Below, one piece after another: positions 23,001 to 33,959 of a stretch of 64,000 nt of DNA. The translations under genes and the position numbers were made by a program. The stretch is from Phoronis australis (taxonomy: Eukaryota > Animalia > Phoronida). The stretch spans positions 124,001 through 188,000 of the forward strand of contig NMRA01000299.1 in the NCBI GenBank assembly GCA_002633005.1, read 5' to 3'. The notes under the pieces were generated by a model. That model searched no databases. It was not told the DNA's origin and saw nothing but the letters and a program-made list of their open reading frames with translations. Numbering within the stretch: the stretch's first letter is position 1; each line of letters opens with the position of its first letter.

Positions 23001-24820
23001 TTGAGTAACTGTGTTACTGAATTCTCTCAAGGCTGTACGCTATGATAGGCAATGAGTCTGGATCGAAACAATGTTTTGTTTGTCTAGCAAACAACAAATT
23101 TCACTGCCTGATGCTACCAAATGAAGATTTTCAAACGGCCGAGGTTATTTGCCCATTTGTGACTTTTTATATTAGTAATACTAGACCAACATTTGCTTAC
23201 AGGCAAGACCTTCATCTCATTTAGGGGATTCTTTTACCGTCTTGGCATCGATTTTGATTTAATGTTTTCTGTAATGACAACGTCGGTGACAAGTCATCGA
23301 ATCATGGCAACACTACACAATGGTCCTCCATTTTTGCTCATTTCAAGATTGACTGGGTTTGTTAATTAAAAGTCGATATGAACCTTGTTCTGGTGTTAAA
23401 ATGTCAGCTTTCTTTGACTGGTATTTTCGCTCTTCAAAAACAGCGTCTGTACATTTTTATCCGTTGTAGGAATTAAAATTTGTAACTGTAAAATAAGTAG
23501 AATTCTGGTGACAACTTTATTCCCTTGGCAACTGAAACTGCGGTAACAAGCAACTAAATGGACATGGTCTGAAGTAAATAACGACAAGACAGTTCTTCTC
23601 AAAAATTATTTTTCATCTAAGTAAAGAACAGGATTAGACTGATTTTTACCTGTAATTGGTCTAAATCAAAAGTTGTTTTTGACCCATGCACGAGTTGTTG
23701 CCCTTTTAAGCCAAGAAGAAATTTGTAGCTACTTTTTATGTTCCCACGTGTATGAACATTATGAGGGTGCACATTGTTGTCATTTCTGTCCAGAATTGAA
23801 CGGGCGTCCATTTGGGGTCCACAGCTGCATCTCCTAAGCCTCATACAGGATTTTTGTGAATATTGGCAAGTATGTTCACATGAACGTGATGACAGACGAC
23901 GATGATTTTCAAAAGAAGACTGTCGCTGTGCCTCATTGTGGCAATTTTATTCATTAGTTTACCTCTATTTTTACCAAGTTCCTTGACATTTTTTATGAAT
24001 TTCGGCGTCCACTTTTCTATTGCCAAACCCTTCAAAGGAATATTTATTAGATTTGACAGATGTATTTATGTTAAGGAAAGCATGGCCGACATTGATTTTC
24101 TGATGGTTCAGACTACTGTAGTGGCAGTTTTTTGTCTTTGCCTCAACTTGAACCAGGTTCAGGGATGGGGATAGCATGCTTGACCTTAATTTTGGGATGA
24201 GTCCAATGTGGCAATTAACGCTTTCAATATGTACCAAGTTCCTTCATAGATCTTGCAGGAGACAAGTACACCTGCCCAATTTCAAACGGATTTAATTTAT
24301 TCTGTCCCTTAATAGCTCTTTCTATCGCTTCTGTTCCTTTTTGCAGATCGCTTTTATATGTGCCAATATGTTCCTTTTACTCGCATACAATCAAGTGTCA
24401 TATTCCTTACAGTGATGGGATTCTATTTTTGCTTCCAATAAGAACATTGAAACCATCAATGACTTAAAAACATGCTACAGAGTTTATTGGGGTTGGGCAA
24501 CCCCAAAATTATGAATTTGAAAATGGTACATGTTGTGATTCGAGGTGGTAAGGTAAATGGGATGCTATCATGGTATTCCTTACTATGACAGATTACAAGA
24601 CCGATTATATGAGAGTAAAAAGCCTAATTTGATTTCCATTTCTTAGTCAGCTAAACAAATCAAAATGCAGCTTTTTCAACTGTATTGTCTTTTATTCACA
24701 GCTAAACACAAGGCATTCGAACAGAAGCGCAAGTTACATTACAACGAGTTTCAGGCAGTAAAATTGGCCAAGCAGCTTATGGCAGAAGAAGATGACGAAG
24801 ATGACGAAGACGAGAACTGA
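7991..24820 (+). CDS. PPP1R2: Protein phosphatase 1 regulatory inhibitor subunit 2 (inhibitor-2), 5 exons, 172 aa: join(7991..8064,13679..13737,15913..16075,19779..19882,24702..24820)
   Basis: All introns are GT..AG and in phase (74+59+163+104+119=519 nt). The translation shows the I-2 hallmarks RGILK (SILK motif), [33 protein letters not shown] (RVxF-like site and GSK3 Thr site) and FEQKRKLHYNEFQAVKLAKQL, followed by an acidic tail. Confidence 0.95.
8220..9980 (+). mobile_element. 5'-truncated CR1/L2-type non-LTR retrotransposon (RT) in PPP1R2 intron 1
   Basis: AGPDEI, RPISLTCICSKLMEHI, QHGFR, LDFSKAFDKV, GVPQVSVLG, FADD, NISKC; frameshifts and stops; (GAA)n tail at about 9967-9979; possible AGTAGGA TSD at 8210 and 9984. 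Confidence 0.92.
10300..11070. mobile_element. Second, inverted copy of the TAGCC...GGCTA element, 9-bp TSD GGCAACACG
   Basis: TSD at 10291-10299 and 11071-11079; reverse complement of 3652-4416. Confidence 0.85.
11098..12603 (-). mobile_element. Internally deleted Kolobok-like DNA transposon with THAP domain
   Basis: TTAA|AGG...CCT|TTAA ends and TIRs of about 165 bp (11098-11260 / 12445-12603). THAP remnant LHRFPKD..WLVRVKN..RVCSKHF, plus KFIVDLSKVLELFRKCQVCG...WECVAGHWGKW..ASLYSG resembling the Kolobok transposase N-terminus; DDE core absent. Confidence 0.85.
12715..13165 (+). repeat. Repeat copy matching 16400-16950
   Basis: aaaactatcacttaaaaaag...cttcgatgaagc...ataactccatgtgcat colinear in both copies. 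Confidence 0.8.
13181..13496. mobile_element. MITE / foldback element with TIRs of about 90 bp
   Basis: cctcagcttctgatc..ccccaatacac..gacaaggaattc..cttcact versus its reverse complement at 13407-13496. Confidence 0.8.
13679..13737 (+). CDS. PPP1R2: PPP1R2 exon 2 ([19 protein letters not shown])
   Basis: tttttcAG acceptor, GTAATC donor, highly conserved I-2 peptide. Confidence 0.95.
15913..16075 (+). CDS. PPP1R2: PPP1R2 exon 3 ([16 protein letters not shown]...DPDQVTQ)
   Basis: ttctaatcAG acceptor, GTAATA donor, IDxPxTPY motif. Confidence 0.95.
16129..18075. mobile_element. TIR element (about 29-bp TIR actgtgacatcaccggaagtagggcaaaa) containing a nested LTR-like insert
   Basis: 16129-16157 is the reverse complement of 18047-18075; the interior includes the 12715-13165 family. 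Confidence 0.65.
17144..17872 (+). mobile_element. Solo-LTR-like sequence
   Basis: TGTTTA...TAAACA ends, CCAAT at about 17257, short internal repeats (ccagagactg), AATAAA at 17798; no clear TSD. Confidence 0.4.
17778..18995. repeat. Near-identical tandem duplication of about 609 bp joined at N18387 (probable assembly overlap)
   Basis: 17778-18386 versus 18388-18995 differ by only a few SNPs. Confidence 0.9.
19779..19882 (+). CDS. PPP1R2: PPP1R2 exon 4 (LQGIDCHK...DDDEDESCLTPEQQ)
   Basis: Phase-compatible AG/GT sites; acidic patch plus LTPE as in I-2 before the HYNE helix. Confidence 0.85.
20054..21717 (-). mobile_element. Decayed hAT-like DNA transposon
   Basis: TIR CAGGGTGTCAAGT / ACTTGGCACCCTG, subterminal AAAATAGGA repeats, flanked by AAATTT on both sides; minus-strand remnant GLVLVKTNAELESSLSI resembles the hAT C-terminal dimerisation motif. 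Confidence 0.7.
24702..24820 (+). CDS. PPP1R2: PPP1R2 exon 5 (KHKAFEQKRKLHYNEFQAVKLAKQLMAEEDDEDDEDEN*)
   Basis: ttttattcacAG acceptor, HYNE motif, TGA at 24818-24820. Confidence 0.95.
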
Positions 24821-25434
24821 GATGCAGGTGTATGAATTGAGAGAAGGGGATTATGGAGCTGAGTCCATGACACAGATTATGTGTTGTGAGATGCTTAGCC
24901 AATTGAGCAATATTAAATGACTGATGATATGTGAGGAATTTGTTGTGGCACTCTTGCCTTACTACCTGGTTGACTTGGCTCTCTGTTAATTTAACGCAAA
25001 ATGTGATTTCAGCATGGACTTCCCATGTCTTCAGGTATAAGAAAATACCCAGAAACAAACTTTTCTGCGTATTTGTTTACAAAAAGAGTCAACAGTTTGC
25101 AGATTCATGTGTGCGTAACACAACAGGCCCTTCAGTGCGGAACAGAAAATTTGGAGGGTGAATATTTTGCAGTGCGGTCACTGAAGTGCTCCTGCTAATC
25201 ATAAGGTTCGCCTTTTTCATGAATTTGCTGTTCAGTGGTAACTGAATGGATTCTGAATAACAAATTTGGATGCTTTATGTCAAAGTGCAGTTCAGTGTTT
25301 GTCATGTTTGTTGTGTGACCTATTTCTTACTGTTCATAATGAGTATAGACTATAGTTACTGTTGTAGTACATTTTCTGCCAATTCTGTTTCTCAATTCAC
25401 AATATCTGGGATCATGCCTACATCTGCCTAGTTA

Positions 25435-25560
25435 CTGTGCGGTGTAAGCGCAGGGTAATGTTGCTCCTGGGTTTTCTTTAATTTTATTACTCTGCGCGTG
25501 TAAGCGCAGAGTACTGTTGTTCCTGGGTTTTCTTCAATTTTATTCTTATTTTCTTCCGAC
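25435..25560. repeat. Two tandem units of about 57 bp at the end of a repeat
   Basis: tgtaagcgcag..tgttg(c/t)tcctgggttttctt.aattttatt occurs twice; each unit starts with a small hairpin. Confidence 0.7.
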
Positions 25561-26869
25561 CAACTTTGGTGCAGTTTACACTCATTGCCTCATCGGGGCT
25601 AATCATGCACTGGAAGGGGTCAAATAGTGCAAAGGTCATCAGATTATCAACATGTAATTCTTCTTACAGTTTTAAAGAATTCTTTTTCATATTGGTAAAC
25701 GGGTTGTTATCAATAACTTCCCATAAAAATTCCAGTAATACATGCAGAGTCCATTATAGTCACGCCGTGACAATAATCTTTCTAGTTTTTCTCATTCTTT
25801 TTTCCACTGGTGGTACGATTTAGGAGACATTGCAAATGAGGCTTATTAGCACAATCTTGCTTTTTGAAATTGATGAACTTAATAAGAAGTTGTATACAGT
25901 CATGTATGTGTGCAATGCATAGGTTGTGCTACTCGAAAAGAATGGAATTTATTTAAAATAAAGGACTTTAATAAAATAACAAAACGCTTATGTATCAGCT
26001 CAATAACAACGACAAACTCAAAAGAGCATACAGTCACTCCAAATTGCAGTTCTGGCAGATGTACATTTTTTCACCGGCTGCGCAGGCCTCATGCAACTAA
26101 TTCCCACACGAGATACACTGAAACCACCGTTCCTGATTTTTGCCATTGGAAAACGGCTCCCCACAAACAAGATATAGCCATTCTTCTTCATCTTCCTCGT
26201 CTTCATCAATACGTTTTCTCTTCGATGTTGAGCTTTTTTTCCGACTCTTTGTGCGAGCGACCTTCTCCAGTGTCTTCTTGTAAGGTGAGCTGGTTAGCAC
26301 CTCTGTCGAGCATCTACGCTTTGCGGCCTTTCATGTCAGTTGAATATTTGGAATAGGGCCAGTTTCACTGATGCTTAGCGGCACCAAGCTTTCATAATGT
26401 CCTGCGTTGTTCAAAGGGGTATAATTCACAGATATAGGACGTGTACCACTGCCATGTTGTTGGTTGGTTACTCTGGCCAATAAAAACCCGAATAGGTCAA
26501 CAGAGTACCTCTGATGAAGCCTTAATTTCCATTTCGCCAACCATGGCATCAGGGGCTGACATGTAGGAAACTCAGAGTATGATGTGAACTTGTGTCTTGA
26601 CAGCATGTCTATGTTTAAGGCTTCTTGGTCTCTGTTGCTGGGGGATTTTCACACGTATGGGTAATGATTTGGCTTTGGAGGGTGTCTGCCTTTGTTTTCT
26701 CGAGGAGGGCAGTCAATGGGTCCACTGGTTTTCCGGTGATAGGGTTCCTCTCTGCAGACTGCAAAGTGACGTCCATTCCAATGATAAGACTCTGGAAAAA
26801 GCATCTTCCGTCTCCTAGAGTTGGTATAATTCTTCTGTTGGACGTTGAAGTCTCAGTCTCAAAATTATC

Positions 26870-27050
26870 AGCCACTGCATAGGAGGGGAATTCTGGTACA
26901 TGTGGGACTTCAACATTGATGGGATCTGTATCAGCCTCTTCATTGTTGGGGACTTCTGGTTCCTGTGGGATTTCAACGCTGATGGGATCTCTATCAGCCT
27001 CATTATTGGTGGGTACCTCCATTTCCTGTTGAACGTCAACATTGACAGGA
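26870..27050 (-). repeat. Three 63-bp (21-aa) coding repeats in the transposase linker
   Basis: PVNVDVQQEMEVPTNNEADRD / PISVEIPQEPEVPNNEEADTD / PINVEVPHVPEFPSYAVADN. Confidence 0.85.
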
Positions 27051-28439
27051 TATGTAATGGGCACTGAAGCCGAATCTAGCGTTGCCTGTCCCTCGCTTGA
27101 CAGTGCTTCAAGCACATCGAATTCACTCGCATGTTGGTTCGGTGGCCAAAGACTGGTTTTGCGAAAACCATTGACTGCCATGCGCATGTTTGCAGCAGTC
27201 AAAAATGCCCTGCCAGCAAGCTGTCTTACTTGGTAAACTGTGATTTTTCTCCTCTACTGCGCAGATGTTTCTCCATCTTAACATTATACCAAGACTTTAA
27301 TGATTTAAAAAAAATGACATCCATTGGCTGCATTTTGTGTGTCGTATGGGCGGGAAGGATAACTTCATGACACCATTTTCTCTGGCAAATTCAATGGCCT
27401 GCAAGTTTTTTGTATGCGATGAGTGTCCAGCTAGTATCAAAAGAACTTTGTCTTGGGGAAATGCCTTCGTCATGTGTATGAAATGTTTAAGCCACTCTAC
27501 AAATTGGTCACTGTCTATCCATCCAGAGTCATTGCAATCGAACAATGTCCCTTGCGGCGCTCTGAACTGAAGAGATTTGTTCACACGCTTGTGTTTAAAT
27601 ATTAGCATCGGTGGAAGGATGACGCTAGTTGCCTAGTAACAATACACACCAGTAGTGTTGCACCCCCTTTCCGCACTTGTACAACCTCCAACTTGCCGCT
27701 TGCCTTTGGTTGATATCACCTTGGCTGGTTTTTGAACTGTGGAATGACTCGTTTCGTCGACATTGAAAATTGTCTCAGGTCTGAGTTCGCGGATATCTAT
27801 CAGCTCTTCGTACTTGTCAAAAAACTCATTCATTACGATTCTGTTAAAACCCTGGGTCCAGTCGAGGGAAGTTGGTTCTGGTCTTCTTAGAGTAAGTTCC
27901 GGGTGGAGTCGCATGAAGTTTAGGTACCACTTTTTACCAGCTGACTTCTTGCTGTTGTTGAATGTCTTCTTTATGCCGTGTGCACAGGATACTTCCTAAG
28001 CTAACTTCATAAGGTCTTTTCTAAGGTTTTGATGTGTTCTACCAACTAGTCTTCGATTTCTGTCGGCAGTGTGATTGGGTGTCCTATTTGTTTGGTCCCT
28101 TTTGCATATTTATTCAAACCTCTCAAGTGGCATCCAACTGTAGGTTTTGGAATCCCAAATTTGCGGGATGCTTTGTTGAATCCCACTGCCGCGTTGACGA
28201 CTGTCAAACATTTTTTAAGGTCATCAGACGACCATTTAGTCTTAACTCTGCAAAACAACAAAAAATATTTGTGAAAATCCCCTGCCATCACAATGTCCAT
28301 AGGACCCTGATTTGTACCACCAGTACAATATAGTGCATTCACAGTGGTACGATTTAGGAATGGTGACGTCATTTTGAATGACTGTACTGTATATACACCG
28401 AGCATCAACTGACATGTCCGTGATAAACCCTAGCATGTA

Positions 28440-28895
28440 CAAGGTATCTAAACTACAGGGTCAACGGACTCATAAACATAGGCACTGACGCATGAACACG
28501 GCTCACGGACCTACAAACACCGTCCACTGATTCACAAACACGGGAACGGACTCACAAAACACGATCCACGCACCCAAATACACAGGACACTTTCTCATAT
28601 TCACAGGGAATCATGGTTAACGGACCGCCAAACACGGGTCACTGACACGGACTCATCGGCTTCCTGAGTCAGCTGACATCTCCATTTTGTTCGTAAACCG
28701 TCTTTGGCGGTCCGTTAACTGTTTCCTCAGGAATATGAGTCCGTGTCCCGTGTATTTGGGTGCGTGGATCGTGTTTTGTGAGTCCGTTCCGTGTTTGTGG
28801 GTCAGTGGACGGTGTTTGCAGGTCCGTGAGTCGTGTTCATGCGTTCGTGGGCCGTGTTTATGAGTCCGCGTTAACCGTGTAGTTTAGGTACCTTG
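28440..28895. mobile_element. Foldback MITE with TIRs of about 200 bp, nested in the pogo element
   Basis: caaggtatctaaactac... versus ...gtagtttaggtaccttg; arms built from acgg/ccgt short repeats. Confidence 0.88.
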
Positions 28896-30782
28896 ATATA
28901 AAGCCAGACACCCCAAAGATTGTTTTATTCTATGATGTGAGTTCTGTGTAAGATTATTACATTGTATACTCTTAATAAAGGTTTAAGAACTTAACTTCAA
29001 AAAATACATTGGGTGCCTAGATTTTAAAGTTTTTCTCACGTTGTTGCAAAACATGTTTTTTTCCCGCTACTGTCGTGTGCGTTATAATATGCTCCTATGG
29101 ATGGCGCTTCACTGTGACCGTGTCAGTTTTGCATTAGTAGGACCATCTGGTGGGAAATCCAAAGGTACGATTCAGGCACAGGTACGGTATAGGAGCCTCT
29201 CCCCTATATCAACCGTTGGCCAAAATAGAATAATTAACCTTGGTAGCTTAAAGTGGCATAATGGCCGCCACTGATGGTTGGCGAAGCTGGTCTATGAAGT
29301 CACCCAAGAAAAAAATCATTGTTTTTTGAATTGGGAAAGATTTTACATCAGAATTGTCTCCCCTTACACAATGCTGCCCATACTGTGACAGACTGGGTGT
29401 ATGGTGGGTGACCTTTATACTTTTTGCTGAAAACTGTAAAGGTTATTTTTGTCAAACATTGTTGCTTGTATTAATTTAATAATTCATTTTTATAAAAAAT
29501 TTATGTTGGGTTGGAATAACACTACAATTGTAATAATTTATTTGGAAGAACTAAGGTAAAAATTTGTTAACCTGAATCTAGAATGGTATTACCCCTGCAT
29601 GGTTGAGAGAAATGAAGTTGTGTGTGACTTACTATTGCTAACATGATATATATTTTTAAGATAAGTTTATTATTTATTTGATATCAGGCTCAGAGCCTTT
29701 TGTCAGTTTTCCAAAATTTGTTGTTTGCCTTTAATATTATGATTTTGGAGTCACACTCTCATTACTTTTTGAATTGCTTATAACATGAACTGTAAGGATT
29801 GTAGTTTTAGCTTTACTCAGAATTGTTATTAAAGCTCTCATTGTTTTGTGGTATGGTAATTCTTCACCTGTTTAGCACATAATTTAGTGGACAAGTAAAG
29901 TTTTTGTCAAATTCCTTAGCAAAAATAAAGATTAGGAGACAGCGTGCCTATTATTAGCTTGGTTTGTTCTGTGTAGATGTCATAAATCAATAGTTAAGTT
30001 TATTTTAGTTGCCTCAAGTTGATCAACCTCTGAAAAATAGAAATCTCACAATTTTGACAATTGTTTTTATGCGAACTAAGTGAAGAATTACTGTATGTTT
30101 GCTTGACAGATTTTTAAACTAATCAGTAAGAATTGTAGTTGGTCTGGGTCTTTCCTGGTTGTTTCAAAAACCTTCCAGTGGACAAGGCAAAAGACTTTCT
30201 TTTGTAAACATCACCTTGTTAGTGGCAGCCAAGTATAGTTATAAGTACGTCTAGTCATAATTGTCAAGTTCTGGTTCAGAATAAATCACATGTACTGTCT
30301 CAAATCTTGATGCTACTGCTCACTCTTATTTTAAGGGCCTCTAAAATTATTTCCTTACCATGTTGGAGGTTTTTATAGCTTACATGAATTTAAAAGACAA
30401 TTACTCATTTCTTGAGGTATGTCTTGAAAATGGGAAGTGAAAACTTTTATAAATGCTATTTACAAATAATTAATATATTGTAAATAGCATCTCAACACTG
30501 TAAGATTGGAGGATCATGTTTCTGGTCTTTCTTGTTAGTGAGCTATGAGTTTCATTTCATCATAACTTCTGTGATTACTGATGACTATTGTCTTAGCTAG
30601 CCAAACTTAATTGGTTGGTGAACTAGCTCGTCAGATCAAGTTTATGTAGGACACTGGATAATGTCTAAATTTGAACATCATTAATGGCACATGAAACTTT
30701 CAGATACCATGGTGTATGCACTGCTCTCCCAAAAGCTGTTAAGAATTTTTGTTGAACTTTTGAATCAGAGGCAATCAAAAAT

Positions 30783-31274
30783 GTGACTGATGACTTGGGC
30801 AAATCCATAGAGCAAACTGCAAGAAATTGCGAGTCTTGTCAACTCATCCGAAACAATCCAACTCAAGCACCATTACATCCATGGATACCAAGTTCTCAAC
30901 CATGGGAGCGTATTCATATGGATTTTGCAGGACCCTACGAAAACAAAATGTTTTTCATAGTGGTAGATGTATTTTCTAAATGACCAGAGGTTTTTATCAT
31001 GAAGCGAACTACAAGGGGGAAAACGATCAGTATTCTCAATTCATTGTTTAGTAGATATGGATTTCCAAAGATCTTAGTTTCGGACAATGGTCCACAATTC
31101 ACTTCCGGTGCATTTAAGAGATTTGTAAGTGAAAAAGGGATTAATCATAAATTAAATCCACCATTTCATCCATCCACTAATGGTCAAGGTGAAAGATTTG
31201 TACAATCATTAAAGCAAGGCTTGAAAGCTGCAAAACCTGAAAGCGGTTCGATTCAAAACAATGATCTTTTATGA
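30783..31274 (+). mobile_element. Gypsy integrase (rve) fragment
   Basis: CESCQ..PLHPW..PWERIHMDFAGP..VVDVFSK*PEV, then GFPKILVSDNGPQFTS..PFHPSTNGQGERFVQSLK; internal stop codon. Confidence 0.92.
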
Positions 31275-33444
31275 AAAAAAAATAAAATTCGCATGAAATG
31301 CAATAATAATTTAGAAAACTAACAGTGTTTTTCTGAGAATTCGCCTTGAACATTTATGTCAAACAAAATTAATCCATGTTTTTATAAGGTTATTTTCCAG
31401 TGAATGTACCATCTTTTTCTCTAAATTTTACTAAAAACACATGATCACAAGACCCACTTAGTGACAGGTTGGTGTGAAGTCAAGAATCAAATTCTACAGG
31501 CCTTCAATTTTCAGAATATTATACACTTTTACTGACAAGTTAAAATCTATGATAGCTTTGAAGACATTTGGCTAAGTACAGACTGGTTGATAAAGTCCAA
31601 CTTAACCTTAAGCGTTTCTAACAAGACTATCCTGATAGTACATTTAGAATTGTCCATCTATTTAAAAGAAGCAAAATGTGTAAACAAGGCCCTGGCCAAT
31701 TATCAATTAGCTGAAAATTGTATTAATGACAAAGGCGACTAACATAAGAAACGTCTACTGAGGTATGCAAAATCTGGAGCAATTAGGGGAGGAACGACAT
31801 CGCTGCCTCAGAATTATTAGATGGAATGCAGTATAGGAAACTTCGGTTATAGTTTCGTCAATTTTTGAGAGTGAATGTGGGGACTAAGGTTGAAATTCAC
31901 TTTATTAGGGTTCAGCTTGGGTAAAGCTCATTTTATTAGGGTGCACTTTGAAAGGGTGCGGTTCCTTTCCCTTGGTAAACTGACTAAGGGGATGCGTCAA
32001 CATACCTTATTGAAAATGGGTTTCTATTGGCTGGCGAGCAATTGATATTAAAGAGGCATGGAACATGAAAGCTCGTCAAAAATATCGTTTAAACAACTCC
32101 TGGCGAAAGTAACATCTCGCAAAGTCTAGTACATAGTAATTCACTTTTCCTCGTGAGGAAATTTGCAGAAAAATCACAAAATTCACCTCAGAGTTTCTAA
32201 TCTCCTTCCCACTTATGATAAATGCACCCATGTGTTCAGTCAGTTGCTTAAAGTCGCTTGCGGTCAAAGGTCACATTTTCCATATACTGGTAAGGGTTAA
32301 TGTACTACATCCATCTACGTTTTGTCATACCAAATACGGAGTTTCTCTCTCATTGTCTTGTGAGAGAAAAAAACCGACGAAGTGGCCAGCAGTTGACAGA
32401 TCGTCTTTTTGACATTTGAAACTAAAAGAAAATGCTTTGATATCAACAGAAATTAAAATTCTTTATGAACAAGCCCTAAAAATACCTGGTGAGCAGGTTG
32501 AATTCTGTTTCAATGGCAGAGAACTACTTTCAACATTGCAATTTATTCTGCTTATCGCGTTCCAATTCTCTTTAAACTGCTTTTGATAATTTCACCATCC
32601 TCCGTCAAAGTTCAACAAAACACCAATTTCTTGCAGGGTTATTTGAGATTGGCAAAAACTTGTAGTGCACGTTGGATAGCCGGAGCTTTTTCTGAATGGC
32701 AGCCTGTATCAAAGATTCACTCAGTTTCTTACAAGGTTACCGTTGCTTAGTAAAATATCGTCTTTGAATCGTCGATTTTCGTTGATACATGAACATGTAA
32801 ATCAGAAACTTTGCTGGATATAACCGTGACATAATTTGTCATCACAATGGCTAAAGGCAATCCAATTCTGAATTAGGCGATTTTTGGAGTGCAGGTTCGA
32901 CAAGCTACCACTGGAATGAACTGTTTAACTTAAGTATATAACTAATAAATGTTGAAAACCTCTTAGGGGTCATCCCGTATGCCACGGCGTCTCCATTGGT
33001 TTCCCGGTTCCCTGCCATGTACGGTACATGTATCTGCACGAACCCATTCGGAATTGTCCCAAAATTCCTACATTGAATTACGGATTTGAAAAAACTTTGC
33101 TCCATTTTATTACCTGGAGTCACTGAAATGTTTGTTTCTGATAAATCATTGCAAGTACATGCACTTTGAGCAACTACTTCAGTACAGGTAGTTTCGTACG
33201 ATCAACTCCCTCTTAATTCATCATTATGCTTTTCTAGCAACGACTTTCAAAAGAAAATTTTTGGAACTCTTGAAAAATACCTGTAGATACTTTTATTGGC
33301 TTACTGACATACACTCGTAGCATGAAGACACCTAATCTGTTTCCAAGTCTCAAAAAAGTCGTTGTCAGAATTTAGACTGACACTGTTCTTAGTTTTAGTT
33401 TGTTTTATTGTTCTGTTTGATTGGCATGACCCCTGAGGTTACAG

Positions 33445-33921
33445 TGATGTTGTAATTTGTTTACTGCAGAATAGTGTGGAATATTGTAGAAGAATCTAGC
33501 ATATGAGTGATAAATGTAATCTGGAACATTCTAGAGCCTAGTATATGTTTGTAGAATGATTCGGTAGAGTCCGGAAAGTTATAGAATGTGCTTGAATTGG
33601 TGAAAAGTTTTAGAACAACGCATTAGTCTATAAATACACAAACAGGGATTTGTATTAGTCACTTAAGCAGTTTTTAGTTGAAGGAGTTGAAAGTTGAAAA
33701 CCAGTTAGTTACAAGGGAGTTACTGTTGAGTTGCTGAATGTGTCTCAGAAGTTCATCACAAGTCAAGGCTTCGCAGCACTGGCTGGAGCGTAGAATAGAC
33801 ATTACGTCGGACGTTTTGTTTGAGTAGGCTTGTGAACGTGCGGTTGAGATTAATTAATAAAAGGGTTAACTTGAATCAGTCGTCAGTCTATCGTCGCACC
33901 GAAAGCTATTAGCACGCACAC
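33445..33921 (+). mobile_element. Solo-LTR-like repeat (same family as 4629-5165)
   Basis: TATAAATA at 33629, AATAAA at 33856, long shared core with 4629-5165. Confidence 0.6.
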
Positions 33922-33959
33922 ACCGGGGAAAACGTGACAGTCGTATACAGGTATAGCAG

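Larger units (their letters stand above)
25805..29204 (-). mobile_element. Degenerate pogo-family (HTH-psq / CENP-B / DDE_1) transposon with OTU-like domain and PHD finger
   Basis: KWSSDDL..ASRKFGIPKPT (psq HTH); KKWYLNFMRLHPELTLRRPE; IFNVDET; SAERG; SGWID; LLILAGHSSH; AVNGFRKTSLWP; C-terminal VCGEPF..WFQCISC..HEAC..YICQNC. One end TA|GGGGAGAG at 29204 with GGTACGATT subterminal repeats; the other TIR was not found. Confidence 0.9.

Noticed and set aside
24777-25161. ORFs 24777-25058 (-) and 24931-25161 (+)
   Set aside because: Antisense or 3'-UTR shadows of PPP1R2 exon 5 with no motif support. Most other short ORFs in the track are likewise shadows of repeats.
28440-28895. Regular short repeats resembling a CRISPR array or structured ncRNA
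   Set aside because: No constant repeat with unique spacers; it is a foldback MITE in eukaryotic DNA.
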